Below, in pieces: positions 56,697 through 64,000 of a stretch of 64,000 nt of DNA. The stretch lies in the NCBI GenBank assembly GCA_965261005.1, contig OZ253375.1, positions 2,752,001 to 2,816,000 on the forward strand, in the 5' to 3' direction. The notes under the pieces are model-generated. The model saw only the letters and a program-made list of their open reading frames with translations, was not told the DNA's origin and did no database searches. Made by a program: the position numbers and the translations under genes. Source of the DNA: Deinococcus sp. (GTDB lineage: Bacteria > Deinococcota > Deinococci > Deinococcales > Deinococcaceae). Within the stretch, counting starts at the first letter, position 1. Each line of letters starts with the position of its first letter.

Positions 56697-59417
56697 ATGA
56701 AACTGAAGGCAGTACTCGCACTCACCGCCACGCTGACCCTTGGCGTGGCCGCCGCGCAGGGCACGGCCACCACCACGGCCACGCAGGCGCCGGCGCTGAC
56801 CGACGTTCCCGCCGGTCACTGGGCCAAGGACGCCGTTGACCGCTTGGTCAGCCAAGGCGTCATCCTGGGCTTTCCCGACGGAACCTTCCGCGGCACCCAG
56901 AATCTGACCCGCTACCAAGCGGCCGTGATCATCGCGCGCGTGCTCGACTTGATCGCGACCAACCAAGTCACGGTTCAGGTGCCCGGCCAGCCCGCCCCCG
57001 CCGGCGCGTCCATTGACCCGGCGACCCTCACCTCGTTACAGAACGCGGTGCAGGAGTTGGCCGCTGACCTCGCCGCCTTGGGCGTGCGCGTCGCCGACCT
57101 CGAAGAGAACGCCGCCACCAAGGACGACATCGCCCGCATCGAGGACCGCCTGAACAACTTGAATGTTCCCGGTGGCAACGATCAAGCCCTGACCGACTTG
57201 CAGACCGCTGTGGACGACCTCTCGGCCCGCGTGGACGAGCTGTCGGGCAACTACGACGCCCTGCGCGCCGACGTGGACGACAACGCCAGCTCGATTGCCG
57301 CCCTGAACGACCTGACCGTGCTGCTCAACCAGGACATCCTGAGCCTGCAAGACCGCGTGAGCGCGCTGGAGTCCGGCAAGGCCAACCAAAGCGACCTCGA
57401 CATCACCAACGGCCGCGTGGACCAACTGAACACCCGCGTGCAGACGCTGGAGGACCGTCCCATCCTGAGCCTGACCGGCGGCCTCACCTCGACCACGGGC
57501 AGCATTGACCTGACCTCCGGCACGACCAACTTCGATATTGACCGCATCACCAAGGGAACTCTCCTGGCCGATTCGCTGAGCGACGACGACGTGACTTCGG
57601 GCGACGCTACGGGCAACGCGGGAAGCAGCGGCTTCAAGTTCGGTCTGGGCGTCAAAAATATCAAGACGGCCAATGGCCAGTTCGTTTTGAACGATGTGGC
57701 TATTAATTTTGGCGTGAGAAATCTGTTCAATTTCGGCTTAGAGAATACGCCGGATGTTGGTGTGCTCTCTGTTGGTGATACCGTTGTCTACCTGGATTCA
57801 CTAGCGGCGACCGGCTCTGTGGCGGGCAATCCCTTCAAGGTGGGCTATAGCTCTTACAAGAGCCAATTCACATTCAATCAGTACATGTTCGACAACACCG
57901 AAACCGCGGACTACACAAAGCGCGGCGTGACGGCACAAATTGATCTAAATAGCTTTGCGTTCGCGCCATCGGTCCTGCTGGTGGCAGGTAACGGCGTTCT
58001 GGGGGACGCCGCGACCTCGGCCAGCGGCCCTTACTTCGGCGTGCGCGTATCTCTCAATCCATTCGGGATCGGCTCGCTGAGCCTGAACTACGCTCAGGGA
58101 TACGGCCTTGACGGTTACCGCAACGTCTTCGGCGCCGATCTCAAGACCAACGTTGGCCCGGTGGCCATTGACAGCGTGTACGTGCGTAGCTTGCTGGCGC
58201 CCAATGCCTTCGCCGAAGGCAATGACGCCTTCTACGTGACGGGCGCCGCGACTTTCGGCGTCGTGAACGCGGTCGCCAACTTCCGCGCCATCTCACCGTC
58301 TTACGCGCTGGGCGCCGCTGGCTTGTCGCAGGACGGCCTTGCCGACGGCAACAACACAGCGCCCTTTGTGGCGAACCAGTATGGCTTCGGCGGCGGCGCA
58401 TCCATCAACTTGGGCTTCTTGACTGCCAACGCCTACGGTGACGTCCGCAACAATTACTACAACACCGGCGTGGGTGCTACCGATTTCGGCGCTAGCGCCG
58501 GGCTGAACAACACTATCTTCGGCTTCGGGGCCAAGGCGTTCTTTAACTCCTCGCTCGGTACCGACGGCTTCACCTACGACCAGGCGCCGTTTCCGGTCAG
58601 TGCCTATGACGAGTACGACTCAGACACCAGTTCGACCGCCAAGTACCAAGGCACGATCGATGCACCTTACCGTTTTACCAGCACTGTCGGCGCAACCATC
58701 TCGCACGATGGAAACAGTCCTACCGCGCTGATTCCTAAGCTGAACTTGGCCTTTGGGTACGCCAACTTCTACAATTCGGGCGCCAACGACTTTCAGGCTT
58801 ACGGCGACTACACTGGCACCTTCGGCGTATTCACCGTGAAGCCCTTCGCTCGCTACCATTTCAACAGCGGCGGTACCGTGCGCATTGCCCCTGGCGGCAC
58901 TACGGCCGCATTACCTTACAACTCCATCAAGTTTGGCGCTGCGCTGGCTACTCAACCCTTCACCGGCATCTTCTTCTCGCCCAGCTTGGACAGCGGTATC
59001 GCTTACCGTAGGACCAGCTTTTCTGGGAATGGTGTTGATGTCAATGGGAATCCCTTCGTTGGCAACGACGCTACTGAGTTTTACGCCAAGGCAGGCGTAC
59101 TGTTTAACGACTTCCTAACGTCTGGTGTAACGCTAGGCGTCGGATATAGTTATTACAAGGCTCAAAACGTCGCTGATATGACCATAGGCACTGCCTTTGA
59201 CGTCTTCAACTCCAGCAGGGACCGTTTGGTGAGCAATCCGCCCAACACGGCGCCGTTCCAGCCGGGAGTGGGCACCCACGGCGGCACCCTCAACGGCATC
59301 TACGCCCAGGCCAATATCTACGGCGTGAAGGCTTCATACGGCATCTTCAATATTGACAGTGACCAAGGCACTGCCACCGGCCAGGGCTTCAAGCTCGGCT
59401 ACGAGGTCAAGTTCTAA
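56697..59417 (+). CDS. slpA: S-layer/outer-membrane tether protein SlpA (SLH domain, coiled coil, beta-barrel)
   Basis: DVPAGHWA...GFPDGTFRG...LTRYQAA SLH motif, heptad region, C-terminal YEVKF. Confidence 0.9.
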   Translation: MKLKAVLALTATLTLGVAAAQGTATTTATQAPALTDVPAGHWAKDAVDRLVSQGVILGFPDGTFRGTQNLTRYQAAVIIARVLDLIATNQVTVQVPGQPAPAGASIDPATLTSLQNAVQELAADLAALGVRVADLEENAATKDDIARIEDRLNNLNVPGGNDQALTDLQTAVDDLSARVDELSGNYDALRADVDDNASSIAALNDLTVLLNQDILSLQDRVSALESGKANQSDLDITNGRVDQLNTRVQTLEDRPILSLTGGLTSTTGSIDLTSGTTNFDIDRITKGTLLADSLSDDDVTSGDATGNAGSSGFKFGLGVKNIKTANGQFVLNDVAINFGVRNLFNFGLENTPDVGVLSVGDTVVYLDSLAATGSVAGNPFKVGYSSYKSQFTFNQYMFDNTETADYTKRGVTAQIDLNSFAFAPSVLLVAGNGVLGDAATSASGPYFGVRVSLNPFGIGSLSLNYAQGYGLDGYRNVFGADLKTNVGPVAIDSVYVRSLLAPNAFAEGNDAFYVTGAATFGVVNAVANFRAISPSYALGAAGLSQDGLADGNNTAPFVANQYGFGGGASINLGFLTANAYGDVRNNYYNTGVGATDFGASAGLNNTIFGFGAKAFFNSSLGTDGFTYDQAPFPVSAYDEYDSDTSSTAKYQGTIDAPYRFTSTVGATISHDGNSPTALIPKLNLAFGYANFYNSGANDFQAYGDYTGTFGVFTVKPFARYHFNSGGTVRIAPGGTTAALPYNSIKFGAALATQPFTGIFFSPSLDSGIAYRRTSFSGNGVDVNGNPFVGNDATEFYAKAGVLFNDFLTSGVTLGVGYSYYKAQNVADMTIGTAFDVFNSSRDRLVSNPPNTAPFQPGVGTHGGTLNGIYAQANIYGVKASYGIFNIDSDQGTATGQGFKLGYEVKF

Positions 59418-59435
59418 ACGTCCTCCCTCTTCTCG

Positions 59436-59462
59436 CCCCCGCGTTTCAGCGGGGGTTTTTTC
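59436..59462 (+). terminator. slpA terminator
   Basis: cccccgc-gtttca-gcggggg then T-tract. Confidence 0.75.
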
Positions 59463-59475
59463 TTATACTTGCGTC

Positions 59476-60405
59476 ATGATCTCCGTGTTCGGCCACCTCA
59501 ACCCCGACACCGACGCCGTGACCTCGGCCGTGGTGTTCGCCAACTTTCTGAACCGCAGCGGCCTTGAGGCGCGGGCCTACCGCCTGGGGAGCTTGAACAA
59601 GGAGACGGCTTTCGTGCTGCAAAAGCTGGACCTGAACTCACCCCCCTTGCTTGAAACGCTGCCGAAGGGTGAGCGGGTGGCCCTGGTGGACCACAACGAG
59701 TCGGCCCAGTCGCTGCCGGGCCTCGCGGAGCTTGTGGTGACGCACGTCGTGGACCACCACAAGTTGGGCGACTTGCAGACCAGCGTGCCGATCTTTCTGC
59801 GCTTCGAGCCGCTAGGCTCCACCGGCACCCTTCTCGCCAAGCTGCACCGCGAGGCCAACTTGATGATCGAGCCGCAGGACGCGGCCCTGATGCTCTCGGC
59901 GATGCTCTCGGACACGCTGCACTTTCGCAGCCCCAGCACCACGCCCGAGGACCGCGAGATGGCACACTACCTGGCGCAGATCGCGGACGTGCCCGACCTC
60001 GGCGCCTACGCGGGCGAGATGTTCGCGGCCAAAAGCGACGTGGCGGATGTGCCCGCCGCGCAGCTGCTCAGGACCGACTACAAGGTGTTCGAGTTCGGCG
60101 GGCAGCCTTGGGGCCTGGGCGTGATCGAGACGACCCATCCCGCCTCGGTGCTGGCGCGTCAGGGCGAGCTGCTCGCCGCGATGGAGGCCGAGCGGCAGGA
60201 GTCCAACTTGGCCGGGGTGCTGCTGAGCGTGGTGGACATCCTGCAAGAAACCAACCGGACCCTGGTGCTGGGGGCGGCCGAGGCGGCGGCGTTGCGCGGC
60301 GCCTTTGACGCGCCCATCGAGGGCCAGCTGGCCGACTTGGGGCCGCGCATCTCGCGCAAGAAGCAGGTCGTGCCGGCGCTCGAAGCGTACTTCGAGCGCG
60401 GCTAA
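59476..60405 (+). CDS. ppaC: Mn-dependent inorganic pyrophosphatase (DHH family)
   Basis: GHLNPDTD, LVDHN, VDHH, SDT, SRKKQ. Confidence 0.93.
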   Translation: MISVFGHLNPDTDAVTSAVVFANFLNRSGLEARAYRLGSLNKETAFVLQKLDLNSPPLLETLPKGERVALVDHNESAQSLPGLAELVVTHVVDHHKLGDLQTSVPIFLRFEPLGSTGTLLAKLHREANLMIEPQDAALMLSAMLSDTLHFRSPSTTPEDREMAHYLAQIADVPDLGAYAGEMFAAKSDVADVPAAQLLRTDYKVFEFGGQPWGLGVIETTHPASVLARQGELLAAMEAERQESNLAGVLLSVVDILQETNRTLVLGAAEAAALRGAFDAPIEGQLADLGPRISRKKQVVPALEAYFERG

Positions 60406-60417
60406 ACGGGCTACACC

Positions 60418-61671
60418 TTGTCCGAACAGACGTCGTCCGACCTCGATTGGCTCTTCGGCTTGCAGCGCTTCGGGGTCATGCCAGGGTTGGCGCGCGTGCG
60501 GGAGCTGCTGGCGCATCTAGACAACCCGCAACGGGCCTTCGAGGCCGTGCTGGTCGGGGGTACCAACGGCAAGGGCAGCGTGAGCGCCACGCTGGCGGGC
60601 ATGCTGGCCGCTTCCGGCCGGCGCGCAGGGCTGTTCACCTCGCCGCACCTGACCCGCTTTGCCGAGCGCTTCGTGGTGAACGGCGCCGAACTGCCCGCAG
60701 CCCAAGTGATGGGCGGCCTCGCGCGGGTGCGCCCGCACGCCGAGGCGACGGGTGCGAGCTTTTTCGAGGTCGTGACGGCGCTGGCCGCCTCGCTGTTCGC
60801 GGAGGCAAAAGTGGAGGTCGCCGTGATGGAGGTGGGGCTGGGCGGGCGCCTGGACGCGACCAACGCCTTCGATCCCCTGTTGAGCGTGGTCACCAACATA
60901 GGTTTGGACCACACCGAGGTGTTGGGAGGGACGTTAACCGCCATCGCCCGTGAAAAGGCGGGCATTCTACGCCCCGGTCGGCCAGCCGTCAGCGGCGCGG
61001 TCGGCGAGGCGCTGGCCGTTCTTGACGCGGGCGGGGCGGACCTGTGGGCCTTAGAGCGCGAGGCGGCGTACTCGGCCGAGTCATACGGCTGGGACGGTTG
61101 GCGGGTGCAGCTGAGCGGCCCGCTGGGTGAGGTCAATTTTGAGACGCCCTTATTGGGCGTCCACGGGGCGCGCAATGCAGCCTTGGCAGTCCTAGCCGCG
61201 CAACGCCTGGGTCTGCCCGCAGAGGCCATTCGGCGGGGGGCGGCGCGCACGGTCTGGCCGGGCCGCTTGGAGCGGATGCGTTGGCGCGGGCGTGACGTGC
61301 TGCTCGACGGCGCGCACAACGCGGAGGGCGCGCGGGCGCTGGCGGACGCCCTGCTACGGCTGGATTGGCAAAGGGCGCCGCTGGTCTTTGGTGCCGCACG
61401 GGGCAAAGACCACGCCGGCATGGTGAGCGCCCTCGAAAGCGTGGCGTCCGAAGTCGTCCTGACGCGGGCGCTGCTGTCGCCGCGCTCGGCAGACCCGGAG
61501 GAACTGCGCCCCTTGTTCTCCCTGCCCACCCAAGTCGCCGCCTCACCGGCCGAGGCGCTGAGCCTGTTGCCGCCTGGGCCAGCGCTGGTGGCAGGAAGCC
61601 TCTACCTGATCGGTGAGGTGCGGCCTTTGTTGCTGGGGGAGCCGGTTGAGGGGCGCGAGCGCTGGCAGTGA
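60418..61671 (+). CDS. folC: Folylpolyglutamate synthase/dihydrofolate synthase
   Basis: GTNGKGS, FTSPHL, EVGLGGRLDATN, WPGR, DGAHN, GSLYL. Confidence 0.95.
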   Translation: MSEQTSSDLDWLFGLQRFGVMPGLARVRELLAHLDNPQRAFEAVLVGGTNGKGSVSATLAGMLAASGRRAGLFTSPHLTRFAERFVVNGAELPAAQVMGGLARVRPHAEATGASFFEVVTALAASLFAEAKVEVAVMEVGLGGRLDATNAFDPLLSVVTNIGLDHTEVLGGTLTAIAREKAGILRPGRPAVSGAVGEALAVLDAGGADLWALEREAAYSAESYGWDGWRVQLSGPLGEVNFETPLLGVHGARNAALAVLAAQRLGLPAEAIRRGAARTVWPGRLERMRWRGRDVLLDGAHNAEGARALADALLRLDWQRAPLVFGAARGKDHAGMVSALESVASEVVLTRALLSPRSADPEELRPLFSLPTQVAASPAEALSLLPPGPALVAGSLYLIGEVRPLLLGEPVEGRERWQ

Positions 61672-61677
61672 TTCAGT

Positions 61678-61929
61678 TCAAACCGCCTGCTTGCGCTCGG
61701 CGTGGGCGATCAAGTAAGCGCGGGTGGCGTCGAGCCAGGCGCGGGCGAGGCCACTGTTGGGGTGGGCGCGTGCGCGCAAAGCCTCCTCGCTGCGGGTGAG
61801 GTGCCGCTCGACGCGCCGCAGGGCGCCCGAGCCGCCCTCGTTCTCCAACTCGATCAGGGTGTTGATGACCAGCGTGGGGTGAACCCGTCCGACCTTGATG
61901 GTGTGCGCGATAACTTCCAGTGCCCGCAT
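61678..61929 (-). CDS. Small hypothetical protein divergent from ddrO (possibly the DdrQ-type gene)
   Basis: 83-aa ORF with GAGGAGG RBS; naming rests only on recalled synteny. Confidence 0.7.
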   Translation of the reverse strand: MRALEVIAHTIKVGRVHPTLVINTLIELENEGGSGALRRVERHLTRSEEALRARAHPNSGLARAWLDATRAYLIAHAERKQAV

Positions 61930-62011
61930 AATCCCCTCCTCGAACGTTCACGAGACGTGCCCCGCGGCCCTCGCCGACCAGCTGCCACTTTACGTAAATC
62001 TCGCCCTTTGA

Positions 62012-62077
62012 TTACGATCATAACGTATCACTACGGGCTTGGCAACAAAACCCGCGTTTATTCTGTGTTGACCTAAC
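62012..62077. promoter_or_regulatory. Two candidate RDRM (DdrO-binding) 17-mers
   Basis: TTACGATCATAACGTAT (62012-62028) and TTCTGTGTTGACCTAAC (62061-62077); the second covers -35 TTGACC, 17 bp before -10 TACACT (62091). Confidence 0.75.
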
Positions 62078-62213
62078 TTCGGGACGGTGTTACACTCCGA
62101 ATAACCGTGGGGAATTCTGTGTATACCCAAGCTGGATACCTGGCCCACGTTGGCAAAGCAAGGCGCGCCTGCTCGGTTTTTGGGGGCCCTCGCCGCAGCC
62201 TGAGGAGGTGGAC

Positions 62214-62603
62214 ATGAAATTGCACGAGCGGTTGCGTGAACTTCGCAGCGAACGCGGGCTGCGGCTCAAGGATGTCGCCCAGACGGCCGCCATCAGCGTG
62301 CCGTATCTGAGCGACTTGGAGCGCGGACGGACCAACCCCAGCTTGGAAACCCTACAAACCCTCGCCGGCGCCTACGACATCACCGTGCATGACCTGTTGG
62401 AGTCGGTGGAGTTTTACGGCTCCACGACCGACGGCGCCCTGCCGAGGGGCCTCGCCGACCTGATGGCCGACCCAGTGCTGGGGCCACAGCTGACCCCGGA
62501 CTGGGTGCGCTCGCTGGCGCGCATTGAGCTGCGCGGCAAGCGCCCGCGCGACAAGGGCGACTGGTACGAGATTTTCCTGCACCTCAAGCGCATTCTGGAC
62601 TGA
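62214..62603 (+). CDS. ddrO: XRE-family repressor of the radiation/desiccation regulon
   Basis: [22 protein letters not shown]...[14 protein letters not shown]...[10 protein letters not shown] (IrrE cleavage site EL/RG). Confidence 0.95.
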   Translation: MKLHERLRELRSERGLRLKDVAQTAAISVPYLSDLERGRTNPSLETLQTLAGAYDITVHDLLESVEFYGSTTDGALPRGLADLMADPVLGPQLTPDWVRSLARIELRGKRPRDKGDWYEIFLHLKRILD

Positions 62604-62618
62604 AGACGAAAGCTGTAT

Positions 62619-62654
62619 AGAAGGGGCCGCACATGTGCGGCCCCTTCTTTTTTT
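62619..62654 (+). terminator. ddrO terminator (perfect 30-bp palindrome plus T-tract)
   Basis: agaaggggccgcaca|tgtgcggccccttct then ttttt. Confidence 0.8.
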
Positions 62655-63015
62655 ATACTGCTACACTGAACCGCCGTATGAGCTATCAGTGAGCCAGCGT
62701 AAAGGGGATTTATGAACTAAGTAAAGATGGGCTTATTTTTGGTAGTGACATATTCGCTGGGTCTTTGCTCACCGAGCCAGCGTGCTCGGAGAACTGGTGC
62801 GCCCTCAGAAAAACTGGACGGTGTACCCTTTCTCGGCCAAGCTCACCCACCACCGGTCTTAGCGAGAGTTGCAACGGCGTGCTCGGTGAACCGAGCGCGA
62901 ACACGGGGGTAAGCGCACTGGCACGTGCATAACTGATGAGTACGGGCGAATAGCCTCTTACGGCGCGACCAAAAGAGCCTTTGATAATCAGGTATGGGCA
63001 GCGAGGAAGGCCGAA

Positions 63016-64000
63016 ATGACGAATATTGAGGAACCGAAGAACATTTTGCCAATCGACTTACTCACCATGCCGGCGACACCGCAAGAGACGCTGCGCCGCA
63101 GACTGCTCACTCACCCCAAGGCCATGTACTACAACCGCTTCATCATCTTGGTCGTGCTGTGCAACCTGTGTCTGTTTTTGTACGGCGCAACTGTCGGCGA
63201 CTGGTGGCGTGAAAGCGACATGGCACTTCACAAGGCGGCTAAGCTCGCCCTGCTCAATATCAGCGTGGCGATTCTGCTGCGCCAGCCTCATATCATCAAC
63301 CTGCTCTTCGCACTCGCAACGGGCGCGCCCAAAAGCTGGCCCTTAGCGGTCCGGCGCCGACTTGGCAAGGTGTACCATTTTGGCGGTGCGCATGTGGGCG
63401 GCGCTCTCATGGGCACACTTTGGTTCCTTGTGTTCGTCGCTGTGTTCACGGCCGACCTCGTGCGCGGTACACCCTCTGTTCCGGTCGCAGTGACGTCCGT
63501 GTCCTACGTCATTATGGCGATCTTACTCGTGATGTGTTTTTTGGCACTTCCCAAAATGCGCGCGCGCTGGCACGATCATTTTGAGCGCTCACACCGTTTC
63601 GGTGGCTGGACCGCGCTGGCCTTGCTGTGGGTCCAGACGCTGCTGCTGCTCCGCGATTCTGCGGGCAACGCGCCGTTTGGGCACGTTCTCGTGACGGCGC
63701 CCGACTGCTGGATGCTGCTCGCCATAACCGGCAGCATTGCGCTGCCGTGGCTCTCCTTGCGCAAGGTGGCTGTCACCTTGGAAAGCCCATCGCCGCATGT
63801 GGTGCTCGTGCGCCTTCACGACGGCTCGAAGGTTTTTCCCGGCTCGACCAGCGTTATCAGCCGCCAACCCTTTTTGGAGTGGCACGCTTTCGCCAATGTG
63901 TCCGCACCAAACGAGGAAGGCGTTCGGCTGGTCATTTCCAGGGCGGGCGATTGGACTGGACAGTTCATTGACGACCTGCCCTCGCACGTGTGGATGAGAA
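63016..64000 (+). CDS. TmpA-like membrane oxidoreductase (ferric-reductase/FNR-like), running off the right edge
   Basis: Hand translation MTNIEEPK...RRRLGKVYHFGGAHVGG...HDHFERSHRFGGW...EWHAFA...ISRAGDWT; absent from the ORF track because no stop falls in the window. Confidence 0.7.
   Translation, partial: MTNIEEPKNILPIDLLTMPATPQETLRRRLLTHPKAMYYNRFIILVVLCNLCLFLYGATVGDWWRESDMALHKAAKLALLNISVAILLRQPHIINLLFALATGAPKSWPLAVRRRLGKVYHFGGAHVGGALMGTLWFLVFVAVFTADLVRGTPSVPVAVTSVSYVIMAILLVMCFLALPKMRARWHDHFERSHRFGGWTALALLWVQTLLLLRDSAGNAPFGHVLVTAPDCWMLLAITGSIALPWLSLRKVAVTLESPSPHVVLVRLHDGSKVFPGSTSVISRQPFLEWHAFANVSAPNEEGVRLVISRAGDWTGQFIDDLPSHVWMR

Noticed and set aside
62727..62912. 61-aa ORF downstream of ddrO
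   Set aside because: No clear RBS, motif or typical codon usage

Overview
GC-rich chromosomal window from a Deinococcus-type bacterium. The assignment rests on DdrO, an SLH-domain S-layer protein SlpA, a 23S-5S-tRNA-Gly unit with no adjacent 16S, and many leaderless genes. Most of it is core genome: hisF start, mutS, gcvT-H-P, a class A PBP, mreB-fabZ-lptF/G, asd, argF-argC-argJ, a fadB-like gene, an iscA-like gene, a peptide ABC transporter, ruvC, moaD/E, tgt, slpA, ppaC, folC and ddrO. Notable observations: (1) an unannotated leaderless 9-codon peptide (MAPRLTTIL) with alternative hairpins and a U8 terminator upstream of asd, a candidate Thr/Ile attenuator; (2) a ~1 kb toxin-antitoxin islet bracketed by two diverged 118-bp copies of the gcvP 3' end; (3) a ~12 kb amino-sugar catabolic locus with NanE and a ROK kinase but no NanA or sialidase, plus DUF4127, an FAD oxidoreductase and an esterase; (4) an orphan PAAR gene inside the arg cluster; (5) a palindromic repeat read in frame inside an enzyme gene; (6) a compositionally mosaic slpA; (7) a TmpA-like membrane oxidoreductase at the right edge. 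All calls come from motif recognition by eye; no database searches were run.
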